Assembly (NCBI GenBank): GCA_039683575.1
Contig: JBDKRC010000188.1
Span: forward strand, 1 to 27,802
Origin: Armatimonadia bacterium
GTDB lineage: Bacteria > Armatimonadota > Zipacnadia > Zipacnadales > UBA11051
Direction of reading: 5' to 3'
Length of the DNA: 27,802 nucleotides
This document shows, piece after piece, positions 17,601 to 25,807 of this stretch; the first letter of the stretch is position 1; each line of letters starts with the position of its first letter. Both the position numbers and the translations under genes were made by a program. The notes under the pieces were generated by a model. The model had not been told where the DNA came from and searched no databases. It worked only from the letters and a program-made list of their open reading frames with translations.

Positions 17601-18387
17601 CAATGCGGAAGAAGGTAAGCTCGCCAGTGTCGCGGTTGAAGCCCGCCGGCGTACTCCGCCCCCCGGGAACCAGCAATACCTGACCGGCGATGGTGCAGTA
17701 GCCCTGAGGGGCTACTCCGGAGAAAGCCGGGCTATCGTGGGGCTGGTTGAAGTAGACGGCGCCGGTACTGTCATTGCGCCACACCACCGCCCCGGAGGCG
17801 GCGTCCAGGCAGTGGATGAAGACGCCCATGAAGGGCCAGATCCCGGCGGCAAAGTAGACACGGCCCTTGTCCACGACCGGGGCTCCACGCACCGGCCAGC
17901 TGGAGGTCAGGCGCTCATTGCCCAGCACCAGCCGGTCCTCGGGGGCGGCGCGGTACTTCCATACCAGCGTCCCGTCGGCCGCTGTCAGACAGTATAGACA
18001 GCCATCGTCAGAGCCGAAGTAGACCTTCCCGTTCCAGACCGCCGGTGCGAAGCGAATCGGGCCCTCAGCCACAAACCGCCACTTGAGTCGGGCGGTGCGA
18101 GTATCGAGCGCCAGGAGTGCATCCTCGCGGGGGGAGGCCACAAACAGCGTCTGCCCGGCCACCACCGGCTCGTAGGCCACGTCGAAACGCATGCGCGGCT
18201 CGTCGGGCCAGGCGGGCTTGAGCGGCGGCAACTGGAGGGTCCACTGCAGTGCCAGATCGTCGCCGAGTTCCTGCGAGGTCGCCGCGCCATGCCGGGCATC
18301 GCAACGCCACATGGGCCAATCCGCGGCCCCGGCGGGAACAGCGGCGAATATGATGAGCACCGCGACGATGCAGAGAGTTGCTCGCAT
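14623..18387 (-). CDS. Secreted PQQ-like beta-propeller repeat protein with central methyltransferase-like fold and C-terminal malectin-like domain
   Basis: 1254 aa. Signal peptide then ADWPMWR, repeated 'lyCLdA.tG.lvW' blades, central EGYCLIVG...LPPYFANLI...RPYGG segment, second propeller starting WTHQYG, and C-terminal FTVRLYFVEP...GERVFDVSVQG. Confidence 0.85.
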   Translation of the reverse strand: MRATLCIVAVLIIFAAVPAGAADWPMWRCDARHGAATSQELGDDLALQWTLQLPPLKPAWPDEPRMRFDVAYEPVVAGQTLFVASPREDALLALDTRTARLKWRFVAEGPIRFAPAVWNGKVYFGSDDGCLYCLTAADGTLVWKYRAAPEDRLVLGNERLTSSWPVRGAPVVDKGRVYFAAGIWPFMGVFIHCLDAASGAVVWRNDSTGAVYFNQPHDSPAFSGVAPQGYCTIAGQVLLVPGGRSTPAGFNRDTGELTFFRIAENHWSGDYKVAANNAGFFNCGNLYQLTTGDLLGGISSRPNPNPFTPFVADPSLRISPDGNASVVTDDILCGIEKGEVVVRSMPQATMEKWEDSKGGKHTNLLVPVSAATGIQAERVWLSAAGKLVASAGGRILLIATGDGANASRTVWQAEVPGTIESVIAADGRLFVSTLEGEVHCFGEGPAQTRTVNMRRGPEALSGMSGQALARKIVKAAGVTEGYCLIVGADDAGLIANLAGSTSLRVVAVTPDETRATALRDALWETGLYGPRAAVLAGDLTSLRLPPYFANLIVVPGRSVAGLTAKPELLRSLFASVRPYGGVMALELEAAKHKAFENLVRASGLEGGQVERSGDLAVLRRPGALRGSDNWTHQYGSPANTVSSRDSLVKAPLGLLWFGGPSNLDVLPRHGHGPPEQIVDGRLFIEGPDGLRANDVYTGRELWKVALPEIGEYYDRTYHQPGANALGTNFVATPEAIYVVYQNRCLKLDPVTGVRKGEIVLPSEAADSDKLTGWGFIAVQGDTIVAGASPLFFGGKGKPGDSDNWDATSSRRIVVLDRQSGKPRWQVEAKCGFRHNAICLSRDKLFCIDRLPDPIVQAMQRRGEEPTSTPSLLALDLQTGRLAWRADAEVFGTWLGYSAERDILLQAGRASRDILSDEPADRLIAYRGATGEKLWEMNEKYAGPPIILGDTIITQTISLAAPGRALSLLTGKALQRTNPITGEQAPWLYARNYGCNTVIASANLITFRSAAAGYFDLRSDGGTGNLGGFKSGCTSNLIVANGVLNAPDYTRTCTCSYQNQTSLAFVHDPSVEAWAFNLMELGDAPIKRVGLNFGAPGDRLGPGGTLWLDWPSVGGPSPKVEVSCTPGTPTQFRHHASWVKAGELPWVAASGLLGVEKIVVRVGSAGSPMRSFTVRLYFVEPEGAAAGERVFDVSVQGQPVCTRLDVAAEAGGSARSLVKEAHGVRASETLELALSAAPGARVPRTVLCGLEIIEE

Positions 18388-18426
18388 GGAACACCATCCT
18401 GTTTGCCTGAGGAGTTGGCCTGGGGC

Positions 18427-19329
18427 CTATTCCCCGAAGGTCACGTAGCCACCCGGCTCTGTGGGGCGCGGCGGGGCCCCCGTGCCGGACGCGTGTGCTT
18501 CCCATACCCAGTCTGAGATCAGGTCAACGCCGAGGTTCGCGTCCTTGATGTCGCAGGTGCATGGGCCGTTCATGAACTTCGCGAGCGCCGCCAGATTAGT
18601 CGCGCTGATGCCTTTGCCCAGGTACGGCTCGGTGACATGGCAGCGCCCGTACACCCCGAAGACCATGGGCCCGCGAATTCCGACCAGGTCCGTCTCCACC
18701 GCCAGAAGCTGCCGGACCAACCACAGTTCCCTCGGGTCCTGCCGGGAGACCTCCACTAAGCCCATTCGGGCTTCGGTGCCGCGCGTGGCGTCTACCACCT
18801 CGCGAGCAGTCTCCCGCGCAGCCGCGTTCTGCGCTTCGTCGCTGTCGGTCAGAAGCAACACGACGCCGTGCGCACCCCGGGAGAGCATGTCGGCGAGAAT
18901 GGCAGTCTTCGGCGAAGAGATCAGAGCCTGGATGTCGTTGACGGCAAGGCGCCCCGAGAAGACGGTGTGGCCCTTCGGTGAGATGAGGAGGTGTCGCGGC
19001 TTGTCAATCTCGCGGTTGCTCTCCAGCACATACCGGACCTCGGGGGTGAGACTCGCCTGCCCGAGAGTGGCATTCACGGACACGAAGCGCAGGTTTGCGT
19101 AATTCTCCTTGCCCTCGGCGATATGCCTTAGGAGCGCATTGACCTCGGCATCCACCGGCGCCTCGGTCCCATCGTGTATGTAGTAGACTGTATAGTCACT
19201 GCGCGACCAGTACCGCAAGGCGTACTCGCAGACCGGGATGTCGCAGGCGGCCAGCGGAGCGATCTGTCCCAGTGTTAGCAGCAGGGACAGCAGCGCGATG
19301 GGCACAGTGGCGTTCGGAGTTCGGGGCAT
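18427..19329 (-). CDS. Secreted hypothetical protein with Cys motifs (CDIPVC, GPCTC)
   Basis: 300 aa from the ATG at 19329. Signal peptide ending APLAA, then CDIPVCEYALRYW; C-terminal VYGRC and GPCTCDIK. Lies 39 nt upstream of the PQQ gene on the same strand. Confidence 0.75.
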   Translation of the reverse strand: MPRTPNATVPIALLSLLLTLGQIAPLAACDIPVCEYALRYWSRSDYTVYYIHDGTEAPVDAEVNALLRHIAEGKENYANLRFVSVNATLGQASLTPEVRYVLESNREIDKPRHLLISPKGHTVFSGRLAVNDIQALISSPKTAILADMLSRGAHGVVLLLTDSDEAQNAAARETAREVVDATRGTEARMGLVEVSRQDPRELWLVRQLLAVETDLVGIRGPMVFGVYGRCHVTEPYLGKGISATNLAALAKFMNGPCTCDIKDANLGVDLISDWVWEAHASGTGAPPRPTEPGGYVTFGE

Positions 19330-19453
19330 TGTGGTGCGCCTGTCGGCAAAGGCTCGTTCTCGCCGCCTGGAGAGGCGATGCCGCGCGCGTGATGCCCATT
19401 CGACACGATCCGATGCGCACAGCCCACGGGGCCAGATGACGAGGTCTCGCCTG

Positions 19454-19459
19454 ATTATA
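19454..19459 (-). promoter_or_regulatory. Putative sigma70 -10 element (TATAAT)
   Basis: Perfect TATAAT in a short AT-rich patch about 125 nt upstream of the 19329 start. No well-spaced -35 seen. Confidence 0.4.
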
Positions 19460-19542
19460 CATGCATTGGCATATTTGGGGACCCGCAACTGGCCGGCGCC
19501 CGCCACCTCTCCTAGTGCGCGGGGGCAGGTCAGGAGCCCTCA

Positions 19543-19568
19543 GGAGGGACAGGAGAGCGAACGGCGAA
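19543..19568 (+). promoter_or_regulatory. Shared bipartite promoter-like motif, copy 2 (GGAGGG-N14-GGCGAA)
   Basis: 77 nt upstream of the Gfo/Idh/MocA start, in sense orientation; the most degenerate copy. Confidence 0.4.
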
Positions 19569-19645
19569 CCAGAAGCGTAGAGGCCGGGATGACGGCCAGA
19601 ACTCACACAAGGTGTGGGACCACACACGAGGCCAGGTCATAGAAC

Positions 19646-20713
19646 ATGTCAGCGATCAGGTTAGGAGCCTGGGGGCTCGGGCGCATCGGTTCTGTCCATC
19701 TGAGGCATTTTGCCGCTCAGACCGATATGTACGAGGTCGTAGCGGGCTGCGACGTCGAACCCCCGAAAGTCGCCGGATTAGTGGCGGACTACGGTTGCGC
19801 CGGATATACCAATGCCGAGGACCTGTTGGCCGACCCCAACGTCGAGTTGGTTATCATCGCCACGCGTTCACTGACGCATGTGGCTGACGCCTTGCAGGCC
19901 CTCGCCGCCGGCAAGTTCGTGTTGCTCGAGAAGCCCATTGCCATGTCCCATTGCGAGATCGAGCAGTTGCGCCAGGCCGACCGGAACTACCCCGGCAAGC
20001 TCTTCTTCCTGCACAATCACCGCTTCGAACCGGCCATGCAGCAGATCTTCGGGATCGTCAGGAGCGGCCTCCTCGGTGACCTCATACAGGTCAAGTTGTG
20101 TCGTCACCACGCCTTTTCTCGCCGGGCCGACTGGCAGGCCTACCTCCGGTACGGTGGCGGCCAATTGAACAACTGGGGCTCCCACATCATTGACCATGCG
20201 ATGCAGTTCATCGGCGGCCCGGTGAAGGACATCTGGGGCAACCTGAAGGGCGTCAACACCATCGCCGATGCGGAGACCCACGTGAAGGTTGTCTTGACTG
20301 GCGAGAACGGGATCGTCGTCGATCTGGAGATCAGCAATAACGTGGCCTTGCCGGGGCCCCTCTGCACTGTCTACGGGAGCCGAGGGAGCCTGGTCTGCGA
20401 GGACGAAAAGCACATCCGCCTGCGCTACCTCGACCCTGGCTTTGAGTTCGGCGAGGCGACCGCGAGCACGGGCTCTCCGCCCCTCAACGGCGGCCACTGG
20501 GGCGACACAGACCTTCCGTGGCGCGACGAGACGCAGACGGTCGAGCCCGAGACCAACATGTGGGTCTACGTCGAGATTGAGACCGCCCAGCATCTCTACC
20601 GGACTCTGCGCGAAGGCGTGCCGTTCCCCATCGCGAATGCCGACGCCCTGGAGGTCAGCCGGATCATCCAGGTGGTCAAGTGCCAGAACCCCGAGTTCAG
20701 GTGGGATTTCTAG
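19646..20713 (+). CDS. Gfo/Idh/MocA family NAD(P)-dependent oxidoreductase
   Basis: GLGRIG Rossmann motif, LLADPNVELVIIAT, LEKP, HNHRF, GGGQLNNWGSHIID. Confidence 0.93.
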   Translation: MSAIRLGAWGLGRIGSVHLRHFAAQTDMYEVVAGCDVEPPKVAGLVADYGCAGYTNAEDLLADPNVELVIIATRSLTHVADALQALAAGKFVLLEKPIAMSHCEIEQLRQADRNYPGKLFFLHNHRFEPAMQQIFGIVRSGLLGDLIQVKLCRHHAFSRRADWQAYLRYGGGQLNNWGSHIIDHAMQFIGGPVKDIWGNLKGVNTIADAETHVKVVLTGENGIVVDLEISNNVALPGPLCTVYGSRGSLVCEDEKHIRLRYLDPGFEFGEATASTGSPPLNGGHWGDTDLPWRDETQTVEPETNMWVYVEIETAQHLYRTLREGVPFPIANADALEVSRIIQVVKCQNPEFRWDF

Positions 20714-20737
20714 CATCAACACTCAGGGAGGCGATCC

Positions 20738-21520
20738 ATGCGACCATCATTTCTGGGGCTCCAATCGCCCTATCTCGCCGCCATCATCGAGGGAGCTGCA
20801 CCGGAAGCGGCCATCGCCGCCATTCTGAAGTGCGAGCACGACGGCGCCGAAGCGTTCGCGGTAAATCTGGCAGCTTGGGAGCACGACAAACTCACGCTTG
20901 AGGAACTCTCACGTGTCTTCCATTGCACGGGACGTCCGATGATGCCTCTATGCTACCGCTCAGGCAATCTGGCCGCTGACAAGGTCGACGACGACACCCG
21001 TGCTGAACTGCTGCTGCTGGCTGTCGAGGCAGGCGCTGCTGCCTGCGACATCATGGGCGATATGTACGATCCCGCGCCCCGTGAGCGCACGCGCGACAGA
21101 CAGGCGATCGAGAAGCAGAAACGCCTGATTGACCGCGTTCACGCGCAGGGCGCCGAGGTGCTCATGTCCTCGCACGCCCCAAACGAGTTCTTGACCGGCG
21201 AGGAAGTCCTCGAGCACTTGAGCGACTTCGTATCGCGTGGCGCGGATATCCCCAAGATCGTTGTGCGCGCGGATAGCGATGATGAAGTGATCGAGGCGTT
21301 CCGGACGACAGTTTTGCTCAAGCGGGAGCTCAAGGTACCTTTCGTGCACCTGTGCTGCGGAAAGTACGGCCGCTTGCAGCGTTACGTTGCCCCGTCTCTT
21401 GGCGCGGCGCTGACCTTCGGGGTGCAGAGCTCGGTGCAGGGACCGCAGCCACTCGTAGGCTCGGCCCGGGGCCTGCTGAATGAGCTCAACTGGCACGTGC
21501 ACTATCCAGAGGGCGAATGA
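20738..21520 (+). CDS. Type I 3-dehydroquinate dehydratase (AroD)-like protein, divergent
   Basis: CYRS, LMSSH (catalytic His), GADIPKIV (Schiff-base Lys), GRLQR...LGAALTFG and a terminal GPQP matching the AroD layout. SD GGGAGG; 24 nt after the oxidoreductase stop. Confidence 0.75.
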   Translation: MRPSFLGLQSPYLAAIIEGAAPEAAIAAILKCEHDGAEAFAVNLAAWEHDKLTLEELSRVFHCTGRPMMPLCYRSGNLAADKVDDDTRAELLLLAVEAGAAACDIMGDMYDPAPRERTRDRQAIEKQKRLIDRVHAQGAEVLMSSHAPNEFLTGEEVLEHLSDFVSRGADIPKIVVRADSDDEVIEAFRTTVLLKRELKVPFVHLCCGKYGRLQRYVAPSLGAALTFGVQSSVQGPQPLVGSARGLLNELNWHVHYPEGE

Positions 21521-21581
21521 GAGCGGTAGGCACGAGAAGATCGCAGTTGGCGGCCGCCACCCAGGAGGGAAGTGCAAAGAG

Positions 21582-21616
21582 CGCTCCCCGACGCGAACAT
21601 TGCGCGTCGGGGAGCG
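21582..21616. terminator. Hairpin between convergent genes (likely bidirectional terminator)
   Basis: Perfect 14-bp stem CGCTCCCCGACGCG-aacattg-CGCGTCGGGGAGCG. Confidence 0.65.
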
Positions 21617-21637
21617 GCGCGCCCGTGCGCCGATTGG

Positions 21638-22882
21638 TTACGCCGCCGGCGTGATGCTTATCACATGCGGCTTGGGCTGCACCGCCTCGTGGATCTGCCC
21701 GTCCACCGCCTCGACAGCCTGCCGACGGCTGTCCAGCTCCCCTTGCTTGCGCTCCTGGACCTTAGCCGTCAGGTCAGGGCCCAACCACGGCGCGACGGGA
21801 TACTTGGCCGTGTCACGCCAGCCTCCGACCAGCCTGGCCTTCTCGCCGATGAGATTGGTGACCCGCTGCAGCTGATCGTAGATCGGGCCCGTCTCCGGCG
21901 TCCCCATCTCAATACCCACGGCCAGTTCGTCCGCCGTGGCCGTCGCGACCGCGACGCCATCCAGCTTGATCTCATACTTCCCCGGCTTCAGGCCGGTGAC
22001 CGTCAGTCCGCAGTGGCTCAGGTCCTTGGCCAGCGGCACGAGTTTCAGACCGTCGCGGGCATTGTCGGGGATGGGGAAAGGTAGGCAATTGTCCAGGCGG
22101 GTAAGGCTGACCGCGTCTGGCGCGCATTTGAGGTCTGTGACCTGGCAGGCCTCGGCCCCCGTCACCTTGCCGTCAGTCACGCTCACCACTGCGTTCGACA
22201 CCAGCGCCGGAGCCCCGAGGCCCTTCAGGCAAGCCCACGCCATGGTCAATTGCCCCGGCGGCCCGGGGTGCACCCCATCGCCTTGCAGGTTGACCTTGCC
22301 GGGGGACGCCATGTTCTGGCCCCACAGGTCGAGCACCATGTGGAACTGGTCGGCCGCCGGCAACTTCTCCCCCTGCGCCAGCTTCACGATCTCGGTCGCC
22401 ATCTTGTCGAGGGTGATATTGCGCCCGGCCAGCTTGTCGGAGGTGGTACCGTCATTGACCGGGCTGGCGGTGAGGAAGACCGGCAGCGCCCCGGCCGCTT
22501 TGATCCGGCCGATCAGCGTCTTCATCTGGTCCAGGTACGGGTCCACCGAGTTCAGGCCGCCCCCCGCATCGTTCATTCCCAGTTCTATCGTCACGATGGC
22601 CGGCTTCCAGGCCAGCACATCGTAGTCCAGGCGGGCCAGCCCGCGCGGTACCGTGTCGCCGCCCACCCCGGCATTCCGGAAGCGAAGCTGCCACTGCGGG
22701 AACCGGGCCAGGCAGTACGCCTCGATGTAGTTGCTATGCAAGTGCTGGGCAGTGATGCTGTCCCCCAGCATCACCACTGTATCCCCGTCCTTGAGGGGAA
22801 AGGACTGCTGCGCGCCGGCCAGCGACACCAGGCCCACCCAGACGATCAACACTGCGGTTAGCTTGATCCAGGCTCTAGTCAT
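21638..22882 (-). CDS. Secreted SGNH/GDSL hydrolase (esterase)
   Basis: Blocks GDSIT, NAGVGG, GMND and DGVHP; signal peptide; SD GGGAGGT before the ATG at 22882; 414 aa with a C-terminal extension. Confidence 0.92.
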   Translation of the reverse strand: MTRAWIKLTAVLIVWVGLVSLAGAQQSFPLKDGDTVVMLGDSITAQHLHSNYIEAYCLARFPQWQLRFRNAGVGGDTVPRGLARLDYDVLAWKPAIVTIELGMNDAGGGLNSVDPYLDQMKTLIGRIKAAGALPVFLTASPVNDGTTSDKLAGRNITLDKMATEIVKLAQGEKLPAADQFHMVLDLWGQNMASPGKVNLQGDGVHPGPPGQLTMAWACLKGLGAPALVSNAVVSVTDGKVTGAEACQVTDLKCAPDAVSLTRLDNCLPFPIPDNARDGLKLVPLAKDLSHCGLTVTGLKPGKYEIKLDGVAVATATADELAVGIEMGTPETGPIYDQLQRVTNLIGEKARLVGGWRDTAKYPVAPWLGPDLTAKVQERKQGELDSRRQAVEAVDGQIHEAVQPKPHVISITPAA

Positions 22883-22922
22883 GACGGACCTCCCTGTGTG
22901 CATGGATTGACCGATGGCCCCT

Positions 22923-22949
22923 TTCGCGCCGGTGAGCCCAGATCCCTGC
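22923..22949 (-). promoter_or_regulatory. Shared bipartite promoter-like motif, copy 3 (GCAGGG-N15-CGCGAA)
   Basis: 40 nt upstream of the SGNH start. Confidence 0.55.
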
Positions 22950-23047
22950 TCGCCACATCCCCACGACCGACCGCGCCCAACCGGGAAAACCAGATGACCT
23001 CTCCGCATGGCAGATCAGTGTCTAGGCCCTGCGAGTGCTCTTCACAT

Positions 23048-24133
23048 TCATATCCCCATGAACCCCTCGTGGAACAACACCGGCTCGTAGCCGCGTTCCG
23101 TGACCCAGCGGATCGTCTGATTGAGCCGCTCCCCGTGGTCGGGGACATAGCGGGTGTAGAAGGGCCAGAAATACTGCTCGTGGGTGAACAGATCCATGAT
23201 CTCGGCCTTGCGCGGATTCTCGTATGACGGCTGCAGCGTTGCCTCGATCTGCTCGACCGGCGTGTTGTTGCAGACGATGTCGCTCACGGAGAAGACCAGG
23301 CCGCTGGCGAAGTCCTTGAGCGCCTCATGATAGTAGAGCCACTCCGAGCGCTCCTGGTCGAGCCAGTAGTTGACATCGTAGCCGCGGCTGGTGGAGTGCG
23401 AGAAGCCCGAGAGAACGCGGATGCCGTCGTCGTACATGGCCTTCCAGGCTTCCGGCGGAACCATGCCCCAGTGAATGACCGTCGGTTGGGCCAGCGTGGC
23501 CTCTCCCGCGATGCGCACGATCTGCTCTTCGACCATGTGCTTATCCCCCAGCAGCTTCTCGGCCGAGGCGTACTGGTATGGCCGGTCCGGCAGGTTGGAC
23601 TTGGCGTGAAAGGCCAGCACCAGCCAGTCAGCGTGGTCGGCGAATTCGCCCTTGTACCGGTCAGAGAACTCGGTCAGGAAGAAGGGGTTGTCCGGGTTGT
23701 CGTCGGTCTGGGAGTAGATATTGAGGGTGAACTTGGCCCCATATTCACGGCGCAGGCCGCGCAGGATGTCCAGGTAGAAGCAGTCGAAGAGCGAAGCGTA
23801 CTGCTGCTGGTGGACATCTCGTAGCCAGAAGCTGTTGTCATCAATCGAGAAGCGATAGCGCGGCCGGGAGTGCTGGTCCCACACCACGCGGATCGTGTGC
23901 TGCTGCTCCCCGAAGGAGCCGCTATAGGTCGCGGTGAGGTCCTGCTCCGGCTGCGTGATGAGCGCTTCAGCGCGGAAGCGCCCGTTGACCACCTGCGCGG
24001 GCTGGCCGTTTACGGCGACGGCGCCATGGGGCGGGGCCGTGCCGGTGACCGTCAGGCGAAGGCCCCGGTCATCCTGCGTGCCCCAGCGGTGGTTGACGAC
24101 GGCGCCGTGAATCGGGTCCTCGATGTGCAGCAT
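23048..24133 (-). CDS. Hypothetical protein: N-terminal Ig-like segment plus polysaccharide deacetylase (NodB-like) barrel
   Basis: 361 aa. FSIDD, AKFTLNI, LAFHA, IHWG and LFTHEQY resemble CE4/NodB-like motifs, ending GYEPV. SD GAGGA; no signal peptide. Confidence 0.6.
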   Translation of the reverse strand: MLHIEDPIHGAVVNHRWGTQDDRGLRLTVTGTAPPHGAVAVNGQPAQVVNGRFRAEALITQPEQDLTATYSGSFGEQQHTIRVVWDQHSRPRYRFSIDDNSFWLRDVHQQQYASLFDCFYLDILRGLRREYGAKFTLNIYSQTDDNPDNPFFLTEFSDRYKGEFADHADWLVLAFHAKSNLPDRPYQYASAEKLLGDKHMVEEQIVRIAGEATLAQPTVIHWGMVPPEAWKAMYDDGIRVLSGFSHSTSRGYDVNYWLDQERSEWLYYHEALKDFASGLVFSVSDIVCNNTPVEQIEATLQPSYENPRKAEIMDLFTHEQYFWPFYTRYVPDHGERLNQTIRWVTERGYEPVLFHEGFMGI

Positions 24134-24177
24134 GTTTGCTCATCCTCAGGTTAGTGATAGGGGGCGGCGGGGTAGAC

Positions 24178-24203
24178 TTCGCCGCGTGAGGGCGTCATCC
24201 TGC
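24178..24203 (-). promoter_or_regulatory. Shared bipartite promoter-like motif, copy 4 (GCAGGA-N14-GGCGAA)
   Basis: 44 nt upstream of the 24133 start. Confidence 0.6.
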
Positions 24204-24310
24204 CGCCAAACGCTGCAGCAGCGCTCGGGCCCACCACGGGCTGTGAGGCCGGAAGGCCCCAGGCGCGTCGGGAGCTTCCGCGCCCGCGTCGCGAGTTGGC
24301 CGCGTTGGCG

Positions 24311-25516
24311 TTATGGTAGCCTCAGGATGCCGCGCCGCACAGCGCGCCAGTACGCGGCCAGGGGGTAGAAGATGCCATACAATATGGAAGCCGAGTAATC
24401 CACCTGCCGCAGCGCCTGGGCCAGCAGCGCCGTCCACTCCTCCGACGGCTGCCACGTCGGGCACATAAGCTGCGCGAGCAGTGCCTCCCCCGGCTGCCGT
24501 ACCGCGGCGTCCTCCTGGCGCAGGGCTTCAGGCCAGCGCGGCACATGGTAGCCGCTTTGGTTGACGAACTCCCAGTGCCGCCAGTCCATGTCCACAGCAG
24601 TGACATCCTGGGGCGCGTACTCCCGGCACTGTGCGGGGAACTCCTCCACTCGTTGCCCGACGAACTCCAGACCCCGCAGCCATGCGGCCTTGAGCTGCGC
24701 CTCATTGCCCTCAAGCTCGTGCAGCGCCTCCAGGGATACCTGCTCTTGCAGGAAGGCATACGCCGTCCGCATACTCGCGGGGACCTGCAGTGACTCCTGC
24801 GCCGCCTGCTGGGCGTACTCCCCGTACTTGCCCCACCAGTGGGCCTCGCCCGTCAGGTCGGCCCCGATGGCGTACAGCATCGGCAGTCGCGCGACCTCGT
24901 GGGGGTCCACATGCCACATTCTGTCCACCAGGCCGGGCTCACCGTCCTCGCGGCAGATGTGGTAGTCCGTCTTGCCCGCCGTGATATTGCGCTCCAAGCG
25001 CTCACAGACCGCGGTGATGATGGTGCGAATGGTCTCGCGCTGGGCCGCGTTGGCCAGCTCTGAGCGGCTGAAGCGCCACAAGCCGTAGGCGTGCCAGGTG
25101 TACTGGTCCCGCGAGCTCTCAATGAAGCGGGACTTCGCATCTGCCGGGCTGACGCTGCGCAGGACCAGGCCCGCCGAGGGGCTAACCGTGGCACACAATG
25201 CCATGCCGTCGTAGACGCGGCTTGCGGCCTCCTGCAGATGCTCCTCGCCAGTCGCCTCAAAGCGGTCGCAGATCATCCCCATCCAGACGCCGGCGTTGAT
25301 GGAGCTATCCTCCATCCCTGAGCCCCAGCCGTTGGGGTTGGGCCACTGGCGCGTAATCTCCTCGGGCGTCGGCAGGTACCGGAAACGCTGCGCCGCCTCG
25401 GTGCTGCACAGGTAGTCGTAGAACAAGCCCGTGGCGGGATGGAAGTACCACTCCCACGATCGGGTCCATGCCTCTTCAGCCTTGTCGTGGAGTTGTTGAG
25501 CACCGACCGTCAGCAT
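24311..25516 (-). CDS. Hypothetical all-helical protein, possibly (alpha/alpha)6 six-hairpin glycosidase-like
   Basis: 401 aa from the ATG at 25516 (SD GAGGTGA, TATGCT just upstream). W/Y-rich helices, GSGMED, SRDQY, EATGE and DLTGE..W helix-turn patterns. The fold call is inferred. Confidence 0.6.
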   Translation of the reverse strand: MLTVGAQQLHDKAEEAWTRSWEWYFHPATGLFYDYLCSTEAAQRFRYLPTPEEITRQWPNPNGWGSGMEDSSINAGVWMGMICDRFEATGEEHLQEAASRVYDGMALCATVSPSAGLVLRSVSPADAKSRFIESSRDQYTWHAYGLWRFSRSELANAAQRETIRTIITAVCERLERNITAGKTDYHICREDGEPGLVDRMWHVDPHEVARLPMLYAIGADLTGEAHWWGKYGEYAQQAAQESLQVPASMRTAYAFLQEQVSLEALHELEGNEAQLKAAWLRGLEFVGQRVEEFPAQCREYAPQDVTAVDMDWRHWEFVNQSGYHVPRWPEALRQEDAAVRQPGEALLAQLMCPTWQPSEEWTALLAQALRQVDYSASILYGIFYPLAAYWRAVRRGILRLP

Positions 25517-25807
25517 GCGATCACCTCTCGGTAGCATAGCCAGCCTGGCGTCACCACACAGGTGTCGCCACACGTCCGCAAACGCCGGCCAACAGACGCG
25601 GCCGACGCCAACGACCGCCTGCCGCACCCGGCAATCCCGTAGTGTGCTCCCCCGGTGCCGCGTTTTCCTGCTCGCACTGTGCCTACCAGGCGTCTGTTTC
25701 TCTCGAGAATCGATACCGACCACCGGCACGCAGAGGTCGGCACGCGCCCAGACTGGCGCACCTGGCTCGGTTTGCAGCTTCCCCTGCGGTCCCGCCCCCG
25801 GGAAGCA

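Noticed and set aside
20738-21520. Gene symbol aroD
   Set aside because: Fold-level similarity only; key substrate-binding residues are missing and the context is non-biosynthetic.
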